Source: Patescibacteria group bacterium
GTDB taxonomy: Bacteria > Patescibacteriota > Patescibacteriia > UBA9934 > GWF2-40-263
DNA: 64,000 nucleotides
Assembly: GCA_038065075.1 (NCBI GenBank)
Contig: JBBTRQ010000001.1
Location: 2,823-66,822 of the forward strand
Direction of reading: 5' to 3'
Below, in pieces: positions 17,576 to 25,987 of the stretch. How positions within the stretch are numbered: position 1 is the stretch's first letter; every line of letters starts with the position of its first letter. The notes under the pieces were generated by a model that worked only from the letters and a program-made list of their open reading frames with translations, had not been told where the DNA came from and ran no database searches. The translations under genes and the position numbers were made by a program.

Positions 17576-20269
17576 TTACCAGTTACCCAATGATCCACCA
17601 TAGGCTCCAGCGTCAGCCGGAGATCCGTCGACATCGGTTTCAGAAGAATCGATGTCGACACCCGGTGAACCCGGTTGGAGATGGAAGTCGAAGTTAAGAA
17701 TGTCGGTGCTGAGCGTCGGGTCGGTTGTCGTGCCGTCACCGATGTAGAGAGGTTCTGCGTCGATATTTCCGACCCCGCTATCGAAGAGATCCCACGCACC
17801 GTTTGCAGACACGCCCGGAGGAACAGCCCAGAGCAACGAGTAGTCCAAGCTGGAGCTCGCGTATCCCTGCATTTGCAAGTCGTTGTTGTGTGAAGCAATC
17901 AGATGCTCAAAGGATGAGTCCGGCCCAGTGATCGCCGCGATGGTACCGCTGTTGTCGGCAAACGTGAGGTAGTCGACTTCGACTGTTCCGGCTTCCAGCG
18001 GATCGACATTGAGCGCGCTTGGCAGGGTTGGATGATTGGTTCCAACCACGTTGCGAGCAAACACGGCGTTGTGGATGATGCCCTTCTGCGGTTGAAGCGA
18101 AATGCCGGCCGGGGCGTAATGGGAGCTATTGTCGCGTACGTCCATCGCTTCACCTTCGAACTCCCCGCCGAGAATCGACCCAACGCCGTGAGTGATGGCC
18201 GAATTCCCCGTCGCGGTCACCCCAACCATGCTTGTTGATGTGTCCGCCACACCCATCCAGTTGAACTGAAATGCTCCGTGCGCGCCGTGTGAAAGATTGT
18301 TTATAAAGGAAACTTCTTTGAGGCCGGAATCGGTAGCGAGCGAAAGCATCGCACCACCCTCAGCGGAGATATTCCCTTCAAACAAGACATCAACAAACGA
18401 CTGTGTAAGAGAAGCTGTTCGTACAGCGCCGCCCTGCATGGTCGCCTCGTTCCCGATGAAGGATGCCGAGGCAATGTCAAGAACCACTTCCTGCACCGGC
18501 AAATTATTGGACGATCCCCAGATCGCCCCGCCAGCGTTTCCCGCGACGTTATTCGTGAAGGTCGTATGATCCTCAACAGAAAGGTCGCACCCATCAACGG
18601 AAATCGCGCCACCGAAGCCCCAATTGGCGCTCGCGGCCATGTTTCCGTCGAAACTCGATGTGCCCACATCAAACGCGGAAATACCTTGATTATCTACGCA
18701 AGAGAGCGCGCCGCCGTATCCATACCCCGTCGTGCCCGCTTGATTGCCGTTGAATGTGGATCCATCTATGACGACGCTTGTGTCACTCGCATTGACGGCA
18801 ATGGCTCCGCCGTTCGCACGGGCGGAATTGTCTGTGAATACGTTCACCTCAACCAGCACATCAGAATTATCCAAAACGTATATCGCACCGCCATCTTGCC
18901 CAGCGCTATTTTGCGTGAACGTCGACTCGACAACATCTACATTCCCACCGGAGACAAACAACGCTCCGCCTATGCCGGCTTCGTTGCTCTGGAACTGCGA
19001 TGATTCGATGAGCACGTCGGTAATGTTGACGGCGGAAAGAGCGCCGGCGGTGGCGGCCGCATTGTCCGTAAACTGTGCGCGAGCCACGCGAACCACTGTC
19101 TCACCTGAAACCCAAACACCTCCACCGGTTCCAGATGGAGCGGAGTTTTGCGAAAATGTCGAATCTTGAACTTTCAAACTTCCAGATCCCAAGTAATTTG
19201 TATTGTGAAAGATGGCTCCTCCGCCACCGGTCGCGGCCTGGTTGTTTTCAAATATCGCATTCGCGAGGTCTATCGAAATGTCACTACCGTCCGCGTATAT
19301 GGCTCCTCCGGCCTGTTGAGAAATGTTGCCTGTGAAAACGACATTGCGGCCGCTATAGTCCGCCTCTTCCGAGAGATAGATCGCCCCTCCACCCTCTCCA
19401 TATGGCGCGGTCGATGCTTCATTCCCGCTATAGGTCGATCCGACGTCGCTAACCACCGCGGAACCGGCCAAGGAAATGGCCGATCCTCGATTGGCCTCAT
19501 TGGAATCGAACGTATTGTTTTCAAAGGTTGCCTGCACCTCGCCCGTAAGCAGAAAAGCTTTTCCAAGAAGATTGGAAAATGTGGAGTTACGAACAATAAG
19601 TTGGCTTGAGTAGGCGGCAAGCACCCCGACCGCTTCACTGCTCACTGAAGAAAGCCCATCCATGAGTACTCCCACAAGAGTAAGGTTCACCGATGTGTTG
19701 CTCGCGGCAATCGCAAGCGGACCTGAGGTGAATCCGATCCGCTGAATCGTAAGCATGCGCAACGACGTGGGCGCGGCTGACGAATCGTACGGATGCAACA
19801 GAGTAGCGCTTGGATTTTCCCAATGAGTCAATTGGGAACCCGCATCCGAGAAAATCAACACGGGTTCTGTGCCCGTGCCATATGACGTCGACCATGGGGC
19901 AAGATCCAGGTCGATCGTTGTTCCTGTCTGCGTGTACGTAATCGCCCCGCCGCTCGACGATCCTCCACGCAAACAAATCTTGATCACTCCATCCCCATCG
20001 CGGTCGCCGTAGACTTGCGCGTCCGCAAACGCCAAAGACGGGAGCGCGTATTCAAACGGATTCACGGGCGTGGGTCGCACGATATAGTCTGCGGTGAGTA
20101 AGCCCAGGCCACAGACTATGGGCACAGGAGCCACCTTCACTTTCGTTTGCTTTTTCAAAAGGGCGGCACCTGACACGGCCGCAAATCCGCTCACCACCGC
20201 CAAAAAAAAGATAACGGCTGTGGCAACGAATACTTTTGCAAATGTAACGGAACGTGTTTGTGTCGTCAT
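17576..20269 (-). CDS. Polymorphic-membrane-protein (Pmp) repeat beta-helix surface protein
   Basis: Many GGAI / FxxN repeats; N-terminal anchor; C-terminal DFHLQPGSP...DAGAYGG motif. Confidence 0.85.
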   Translation of the reverse strand: MTTQTRSVTFAKVFVATAVIFFLAVVSGFAAVSGAALLKKQTKVKVAPVPIVCGLGLLTADYIVRPTPVNPFEYALPSLAFADAQVYGDRDGDGVIKICLRGGSSSGGAITYTQTGTTIDLDLAPWSTSYGTGTEPVLIFSDAGSQLTHWENPSATLLHPYDSSAAPTSLRMLTIQRIGFTSGPLAIAASNTSVNLTLVGVLMDGLSSVSSEAVGVLAAYSSQLIVRNSTFSNLLGKAFLLTGEVQATFENNTFDSNEANRGSAISLAGSAVVSDVGSTYSGNEASTAPYGEGGGAIYLSEEADYSGRNVVFTGNISQQAGGAIYADGSDISIDLANAIFENNQAATGGGGAIFHNTNYLGSGSLKVQDSTFSQNSAPSGTGGGVWVSGETVVRVARAQFTDNAAATAGALSAVNITDVLIESSQFQSNEAGIGGALFVSGGNVDVVESTFTQNSAGQDGGAIYVLDNSDVLVEVNVFTDNSARANGGAIAVNASDTSVVIDGSTFNGNQAGTTGYGYGGALSCVDNQGISAFDVGTSSFDGNMAASANWGFGGAISVDGCDLSVEDHTTFTNNVAGNAGGAIWGSSNNLPVQEVVLDIASASFIGNEATMQGGAVRTASLTQSFVDVLFEGNISAEGGAMLSLATDSGLKEVSFINNLSHGAHGAFQFNWMGVADTSTSMVGVTATGNSAITHGVGSILGGEFEGEAMDVRDNSSHYAPAGISLQPQKGIIHNAVFARNVVGTNHPTLPSALNVDPLEAGTVEVDYLTFADNSGTIAAITGPDSSFEHLIASHNNDLQMQGYASSSLDYSLLWAVPPGVSANGAWDLFDSGVGNIDAEPLYIGDGTTTDPTLSTDILNFDFHLQPGSPGVDIDSSETDVDGSPADAGAYGGSLGNW

Positions 20270-20287
20270 AGGATAAAATCAGTATAT

Positions 20288-20318
20288 CAAAAATCCCCAA
20301 GACTAGCTTGGAGATTTT
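20288..20318 (-). terminator. Intrinsic terminator downstream of tRNA-Val
   Basis: AAAATCCCCAAG...CTTGGAGATTTTT imperfect hairpin with A/T tracts. Confidence 0.6.
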
Positions 20319-20395
20319 TGGTGGGCGTGAGAGGGCTCGAACCTCTGACCTCTGTCGTGTGAGGACAGCGCTCTAACCAACTGAGCTACACGCCC
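20319..20395 (-). tRNA. tRNA-Val(CAC), copy 1
   Basis: GGGCGTG...CTGTC-CT-CAC-AC-GACAG...GGTTCGAG...CACGCCC-ACCA cloverleaf, 77 nt. Confidence 0.96.
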
Positions 20396-20497
20396 GTGAG
20401 GTCGAGCGACAGAGTAACACGGTGTGCGCCCCCAGTCCTTGAAGTTTCCGGATGATCTGATAAGCTCCGGATGGGTACTCGAACACTGGAGGTTCTC

Positions 20498-21154
20498 ATG
20501 ACCGACAATCGGACATCGGTGGCTCGATTGCTGGACCAGATGTCCAGGGAACGCCTGCAAGCCTTGGATGAACGCCTGGCCAAGCTCGAACGGCCATGGA
20601 TCGAGCGGACGCACGATGCGTTCAAGGCTATCCCTGGTGCGCTTCGGGAGCTTGCGTCCGCGCCGGGCCCGTGGGGAGCCATGGTACTGATAATGCTGGC
20701 TCTGGTGGTCGGCATGCCTCTCATGGATCCAAACACCCGAAGCGCCATTGCCGAAGACTGGGTCATGGTCATGCTGCAACTGGGAGAGATCTTCCTGGCA
20801 CTGATCCTTGCCCTGCTGGTCTTCATGGGTCTGGTACAAGCAATCGATCGCTGGTCTGCGCTGCGCGGCATGGTACGCCGTGGCGAGATCGATCTGGTAC
20901 GAGCGTTTCGCCGCCGACCGGAGGTCTTCCTGCGCGCGCATAATCTGACGCTGCAACGACAGGGTCTGGAGTGGGTGTTGGAGGCGCTGGAGTTCCTTCA
21001 GAGACACCCGGACGCGACCGGCTTCGACGCGGCCGACTTGGACGCGGCCAAGACGCGCACCACGCTCGCGCTCATCCAGATCATCGAACAGATCGACCAT
21101 AACGCAGCGGAGCTTGGCGATCCGCTGCAAAGACGATCTCGACGGCCAGCTTGA
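20498..21154 (+). CDS. Hypothetical 2-TM membrane protein (GC-rich accessory gene)
   Basis: GGAGG SD before ATG 20498; two hydrophobic segments; hairpin terminator at about 21215-21238. Confidence 0.65.
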   Translation: MTDNRTSVARLLDQMSRERLQALDERLAKLERPWIERTHDAFKAIPGALRELASAPGPWGAMVLIMLALVVGMPLMDPNTRSAIAEDWVMVMLQLGEIFLALILALLVFMGLVQAIDRWSALRGMVRRGEIDLVRAFRRRPEVFLRAHNLTLQRQGLEWVLEALEFLQRHPDATGFDAADLDAAKTRTTLALIQIIEQIDHNAAELGDPLQRRSRRPA

Positions 21155-21250
21155 TCCCGCCGCTATCGACTGACGCCACGCGACGCCATACGCAAGGCGA
21201 GCTAGCCATCGCCACCTTCCCACCCGGGGAGGTTTTTTATACAAGGCATT

Positions 21251-21394
21251 TTCAAATTCAATATCGCTGCACGGTATCCGGACGAACAGCAACAATTCGC
21301 GAAACGATACGACAACAAAAAAACGGCTAAGGCGTATCTGGACAACACCAACTCCATACTTCTATGGCTACAAAAAAAGTTCCGAAACAGATAA
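21251..21394 (+). pseudogene. C-terminal remnant of a HEPN-domain protein
   Basis: FKFNIAARYPDEQQQFAKRY...ILLWLQKKFRNR*; RYPD motif; overlaps the start of the MNT gene; N-terminal half missing. Confidence 0.75.
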
Positions 21395-21693
21395 AAGAGC
21401 TCGTACTGGGATATACCAACCGTGTGGAAAAAGAGATGAGGCTACCTGTCGGCAGTGTCTATGTCTACGGATCCCATGCGAAAGGCACTGCGACAAAGCA
21501 CTCTGATATTGACGTATGTGTTATCTCTCCGACATTCCGTGATCCACTCAAGGCGCTCCAACAGCTACTTGGGTACCGCACCGTCGACGAGGTCATGGCG
21601 GGGATTGAGCCGGTTGGTTTTTCTGCCAAACAATTCAAGCGCGGTGGAATCCTCATTGACGAAATCAAACGGACAGGGATACAGGTTCGATAA
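21364..21693 (+). CDS. Minimal nucleotidyltransferase (MNT, HEPN-MNT antitoxin-type)
   Basis: YVYGSHAKG...SDIDVCVIS motif. Confidence 0.9.
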   Translation: MATKKVPKQIKELVLGYTNRVEKEMRLPVGSVYVYGSHAKGTATKHSDIDVCVISPTFRDPLKALQQLLGYRTVDEVMAGIEPVGFSAKQFKRGGILIDEIKRTGIQVR

Positions 21694-21737
21694 AAAACCC
21701 TCGAACGAAAAACACTCCATGCTAGGTGGAGTGTTTT

Positions 21738-21796
21738 TGGTGGGCGTGAGAGGGCTCGAACCTCTGACCTCTGTCGTGTGAGGACGGCGCTCTAAC
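21738..21796 (-). pseudogene. 3' fragment (59 nt) of tRNA-Val(CAC), att-like remnant
   Basis: Matches the 3' 59 nt of the copy at 20319-20395 with one mismatch; lacks the 5' acceptor strand and part of the D-arm; followed by its own terminator at 21709-21737. Confidence 0.88.
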
Positions 21797-21823
21797 TGAT
21801 AAAAAAAGACGCTCAAGTGAGCG

Positions 21824-22927
21824 TCAGCGCGTCGTCCTGGGTCTGCGCGGCGGGAGGACGTTGCCGCCAGGAGCCTGGGTCGTCGCCTCAATTTCATGGT
21901 CGGCGGCATTCGCGGCGACGTTGTGAGTCACGTCGCGCCGAAGTTCGCGTAGCTTCCTATCCAAGTCGTCGCACTGGGGAACGCTCATGAGCAGGCCCAT
22001 CGCGATGGGCTCGATGTCCTTGGGGAAGAATGCATCGAGTTCACCGGCCTGCAGCCGAGCCGTCGAAGTCTGTTCGATGAGCGCAAACGCGCGTTGGCGA
22101 TCCTCATGCGTCTGGCACTCGATGAGACGCGTGGCAAGACGATCACGCAACCCCTGTGCACGCTCCCGGAGCGTCTGCAGATGCATCTGCGCCTCGCTGG
22201 ACGCTCCGGACAGTACTGCCGCCATCTGCTCTTCATTCCTCTTCATCGACACAAGCGCCGCGTCGATGACCCTCAGAGCTTCTCCGGTTTCCCTTAGCGC
22301 CTGGGTGATACTGTCGGGCTTCTTGGGCCGCAAGTTCTCTATGCCGTCGGGGTAGTCCTCAAACAGCGCGCCCCCAAGCCAGGGCGACACGGAGCGCAGA
22401 GCGCTCTGAAGCACCGCCTGGATTTTGAGCACGGCATGCCGTTCGTGCCACAAGCGTATATGTTCTTCCGCGGATTCGATTCCCTCCTGCACCGCCGCCA
22501 GCGTCTTCTGGTGTTCGCCGAGTTGGAGCGTAGGCATCGGAGCTGTGTATCGCTGCTGCAGCTCCGTAAGGAGCGAGCGCAGATCCTTGCACTGCCGCTC
22601 CAGCCGCCGCGCGTTCTGCACTGCCTCTTCCATTGCGCCGTCCACGGGCGAACCATGTCGCCAATCACGGTATCTCTTATCACGCGCCTCTTTCCAGCTC
22701 TCGTACGCGGTGAGGATTCCGAAGAAACACATCCGCAAGACGAAAGCGATCAGGAAGGCGCCTCCAAGACACACGGCCAGCACAACCAAGATCTGAACGG
22801 CCACGATAAGGATGTGGACAAGCGCGCGAACCGCTTCGACCACGAAAATGCCCACGGCCACAACGCACAAGACGGCGAGGAGGCCAATGCACCCATAGAT
22901 GGTGTCGTCTCCCTGGTTGTTGCTCAT
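21824..22927 (-). CDS. Hypothetical protein, N-terminal TM hairpin plus coiled coil
   Basis: 367-aa ORF, AAGGAG SD, hydrophobic N-terminus, heptad-rich C-terminal region. Confidence 0.7.
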   Translation of the reverse strand: MSNNQGDDTIYGCIGLLAVLCVVAVGIFVVEAVRALVHILIVAVQILVVLAVCLGGAFLIAFVLRMCFFGILTAYESWKEARDKRYRDWRHGSPVDGAMEEAVQNARRLERQCKDLRSLLTELQQRYTAPMPTLQLGEHQKTLAAVQEGIESAEEHIRLWHERHAVLKIQAVLQSALRSVSPWLGGALFEDYPDGIENLRPKKPDSITQALRETGEALRVIDAALVSMKRNEEQMAAVLSGASSEAQMHLQTLRERAQGLRDRLATRLIECQTHEDRQRAFALIEQTSTARLQAGELDAFFPKDIEPIAMGLLMSVPQCDDLDRKLRELRRDVTHNVAANAADHEIEATTQAPGGNVLPPRRPRTTR

Positions 22928-22962
22928 GGTGAGCTCCTTACGGGAACAATTCCGTATCTTGT

Positions 22963-24003
22963 CTACCGGTTACCGCTCTCGTTGGAACCTCGACGTCGCC
23001 CTCCGATCGCATCGGCAATCGTCTTGCCTAGGAATGCAAGCGTCGGATCCACTCCGGCTCCCGAAAGCTCTTTGACGGCGCAGTGTCCTTCCGCCACGGT
23101 TGAACGGACGCTCTGCCAGGCCACGGATCGAGCAACGAACCCGATCTGCCGAATGTGCTCATTCAGGAGACCTCCGCCGTCCTGCGCCATAAGCCTGTTG
23201 AGCTCTCCAAATCGCGCCGGGGTGAGCTCCACCGACCGGGTAATGCCGGCAGCGCCCAACGCCAGCTGCGCGACGGTCTGCACCCGCCCGCGAATGGCGG
23301 CCTCGGCCTCCATGTTGAGCTCGGTGAGCACAAGCCGTGCCGTCTGCGGCGTCACGTGCCGCTGGTCATCCACCATGACTCCCGCCACCACGCGCAACTG
23401 CGCCTCCATCCTTTCCCCGCCCGGGTTGAGATGCACCGTCACATCGAACTCTTGATCCGATGTATTGATGATAGCCACAGGCTCGCCCAAGTAGGGAAAC
23501 CCTGTGCTGAATCTCCCGCGCTGGAGCGCAGAATCGTTGCTGGCCGTAATCCAGCCGCGATCGCTACCCCTGCGAGCCATGAAACGGTTTATACACACGA
23601 GCTCCTCATTGGGCTGTAGGAGCCTCACCCATGTGAAGTCCGCCGGGCGAACGAACTTGCCGGTGTGGATCTTGAATCCGTGCAGCTTTTCGAAGTCGAC
23701 TGGCTCGGATTTCGAACGGCTCTTCTCGGACAGCTTGAAAGCCGCCAAGCCCACAACGACAACCGCGATGAGCATGCCCGCCAGAATCGGAAGGATCACT
23801 TTCATGAGCATCAACGCAAGCGGGATGCCCAGAACCACCGCGAGCACCCGAACCCAGGGCTTCTTCATCGCCGCGGCCATCGGAGGTGGGAGCTTGATGC
23901 GCTTGGGCGAGTTCACCGGCGCCGCCGTCTTCACAGGAAGATCGCTCTGATCCCGAAGAACCGGGAGCGCTCCTTTGCGTCCTTCTTCATTGTTTCCAGT
24001 CAT
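22963..24003 (-). CDS. Hypothetical membrane protein, possibly divergent SPFH/band-7-like
   Basis: 346-aa ORF, AAGGAG SD, TM hairpin followed by an alpha/beta domain; SPFH call is tentative. Confidence 0.6.
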   Translation of the reverse strand: MTGNNEEGRKGALPVLRDQSDLPVKTAAPVNSPKRIKLPPPMAAAMKKPWVRVLAVVLGIPLALMLMKVILPILAGMLIAVVVVGLAAFKLSEKSRSKSEPVDFEKLHGFKIHTGKFVRPADFTWVRLLQPNEELVCINRFMARRGSDRGWITASNDSALQRGRFSTGFPYLGEPVAIINTSDQEFDVTVHLNPGGERMEAQLRVVAGVMVDDQRHVTPQTARLVLTELNMEAEAAIRGRVQTVAQLALGAAGITRSVELTPARFGELNRLMAQDGGGLLNEHIRQIGFVARSVAWQSVRSTVAEGHCAVKELSGAGVDPTLAFLGKTIADAIGGRRRGSNESGNR

Positions 24004-24128
24004 GATGCACTCTCCTTATGTAAGGAACTTTCCGATCACACATTCACATAAATTCTCGCGTACGTCAATGCATCGTGCATAGCAAAAACCGAACAAGGGA
24101 TCTGTCCGGTTTTGTTGAGTCGATCAGA

Positions 24129-24205
24129 TGGTGGATGTTGGAGGACTCGAACCTCCGACCTCTGTCGTGTGAGGACAGCGCTCTAACCAGCTGAGCTAAA
24201 CATCC
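24129..24205 (-). tRNA. tRNA-Val(CAC), copy 2
   Basis: GGATGTT...CTGTC-CT-CAC-AC-GACAG...GGTTCGAG...AACATCC-ACCA cloverleaf, 77 nt. Confidence 0.93.
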
Positions 24206-24212
24206 ATATATG

Positions 24213-24249
24213 CGAGCGACAGAGTAACACGGTGTGCACCCCTTTTCAA
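24213..24249 (-). promoter_or_regulatory. Sigma70-type promoter of tRNA-Val copy 2; -10 region duplicated upstream of copy 1
   Basis: TTGAAA-17 bp-TACTCT; CGAGCGACAGAGTAACACGGTGTGC occurs at both 20403-20427 and 24213-24237. Confidence 0.65.
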
Positions 24250-24283
24250 GAGCGGGTAGAATCGTTAGAATGAACCAGGAACT

Positions 24284-25978
24284 ATGGTCGAGAAGCCACG
24301 CGTCAATTTACTCAAACGGCATCACACCCCGCGAGCGACGAAACGATCGCCCGCGCTTTTTTTTGGTCGCCGGTTGTTTATCACGTTAGCGGTGTTAGCG
24401 GCGGTCGGCATCATCTTCTCCTCTCAAGTAAGCTCGACCTCCGAAAGCTCCGGCTCCTTCCCTGACTTTTCTCTTTTCTCAGCCATCAAGCATCTTGTAT
24501 CTTCGGGAGACCGGGACCTTGAAGGTGAGGAAGAAGACCGCGTGAATTTCCTTCTCCTGGGCATCGGAGGTGAGGGACACGACGGTCCGCAACTGACTGA
24601 CACCATTATCTTTACGAGTTTTCGTCCTTCCGACGGCGCGGTCGCGATGATGTCGCTCCCCCGCGACATGACGGTTCCCATCCCTAATTATGGGTATCGC
24701 AAAGTGAACCATGCCAATGCCTACGGCGAGATGGACAATCCGGGTTCGGGGCCTGAACTCGCCTCGCAAGTCATCGGGGACGTCTTGGACGAAGAGATCA
24801 ACTATTACCTCCGCATAGACTTTAAGGGCTTTGAAGAATTTGTGGACGCCATCGGCGGCGTGGATGTGTACATCGAAAACGGATTCACCGATTCAAACTA
24901 TCCGATTGAAGGAAAAGAATACGACGAGTGCGGTGACGAACCGTCCGAAACATCCGACCTCTTGGTCGAATCTGACCCAGAAACGACAGAGGTAGCCGCA
25001 GGCTTTAGCCTGCGCGAGTCGCAGGAAGAACCCACCGAGCTCGCGCAGATTCTCGCGATCGACGAAGAGGAAGAAATCCTCGAAGAAGCCCTCGATGAAG
25101 AAAATCTCCCCGAGGTAGTGCCGGACTATTCCTGCCGCTTTGAGTCCATCACCTTTTATGAGGGCTGGACGCACATGGATGGAAGAACCGCGCTCAAGTT
25201 CGCCCGCTCACGACATGGGAACAGCGGTGATGGCTCGGACTTTGCTCGCAGTAAGCGCCAACAAAAAATCATCCTCGCCGTAAAAGACAAAGTGCTGTCG
25301 GCCTCGACCTTTTTGAACCCCTCACGCATCTCCAAGATGATGGACACGCTGAAAGCCAACATCTCGACCAACCTGGACGTGTGGGAGATTGTTCGACTGG
25401 CGGGTGAGTTCAAAAACGTGAGCGCTTCGGAAATCACCAACCATGTCATCGACGCGTCCGACGCTTCCCCGTTGTACGCGACGGTTCTCAACGGCGCGTA
25501 TGTGCTCCTCCCCAAGAACGACGATTGGGAACCGATTCAAAACATCGCTGAACATATTTTCACGCCGGACTCAGAACTCAACACCCAGTTTGCTGATGCC
25601 CCTGAACAGAAACCGAAATTCGTGAAAGTAGAAATCCAAAACGGCACAAACATCACGGGACTGGCGTTCACCACCTCGCAACTGTTGGACGGCCAGGGAT
25701 TTGACGTGGTGAAGGTCGGCAACGCCGTGAGCCGCGACTATGCCCATACGGTCATCTACGATCTCACCAACGGCCAGCGCTCAGATGAACTCAAGGCCTT
25801 GCGTGACTACCTGCAGGCGGACGTGACCTTGTCGGCAACCGGTTGGATGCTTTCCGGCGACGTCGTGCCACAGGAAATTGCATTCTCTTCGGACGATTAC
25901 GAACGATTAGCCACCCAAGAAAACATTGACTTTTTGGTCATTCTGGGAGAGTCTGCGAGCGGCCTGGCACGATACTAA
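24284..25978 (+). CDS. LCP (LytR-CpsA-Psr) family protein with LytR C-terminal domain
   Basis: LLLGIGG, LTDTII, SLPRD, FARSRH, SDFARSKRQQ; C-terminal VEIQNGT..GLA. Confidence 0.92.
   Translation: MVEKPRVNLLKRHHTPRATKRSPALFFGRRLFITLAVLAAVGIIFSSQVSSTSESSGSFPDFSLFSAIKHLVSSGDRDLEGEEEDRVNFLLLGIGGEGHDGPQLTDTIIFTSFRPSDGAVAMMSLPRDMTVPIPNYGYRKVNHANAYGEMDNPGSGPELASQVIGDVLDEEINYYLRIDFKGFEEFVDAIGGVDVYIENGFTDSNYPIEGKEYDECGDEPSETSDLLVESDPETTEVAAGFSLRESQEEPTELAQILAIDEEEEILEEALDEENLPEVVPDYSCRFESITFYEGWTHMDGRTALKFARSRHGNSGDGSDFARSKRQQKIILAVKDKVLSASTFLNPSRISKMMDTLKANISTNLDVWEIVRLAGEFKNVSASEITNHVIDASDASPLYATVLNGAYVLLPKNDDWEPIQNIAEHIFTPDSELNTQFADAPEQKPKFVKVEIQNGTNITGLAFTTSQLLDGQGFDVVKVGNAVSRDYAHTVIYDLTNGQRSDELKALRDYLQADVTLSATGWMLSGDVVPQEIAFSSDDYERLATQENIDFLVILGESASGLARY
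24992..25014 (+). repeat. GTAG REP-like palindrome inside the LCP coding sequence
   Basis: GTAGCCGCAGGCTTTAGCCTGCG, read in frame as VAAGFSLR. Confidence 0.75.
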
Positions 25979-25987
25979 CCTTTTTTC

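Noticed and set aside
20303-21295. 330-aa minus-strand ORF
   Set aside because: Runs through tRNA-Val and is antisense to the SD-bearing plus-strand gene.
22436-23455. 339-aa plus-strand ORF
   Set aside because: Antisense shadow spanning two better-supported minus-strand genes.
20319-24205. Intact prophage or ICE at tRNA-Val
   Set aside because: No integrase, replication, conjugation or virion genes between the repeats.
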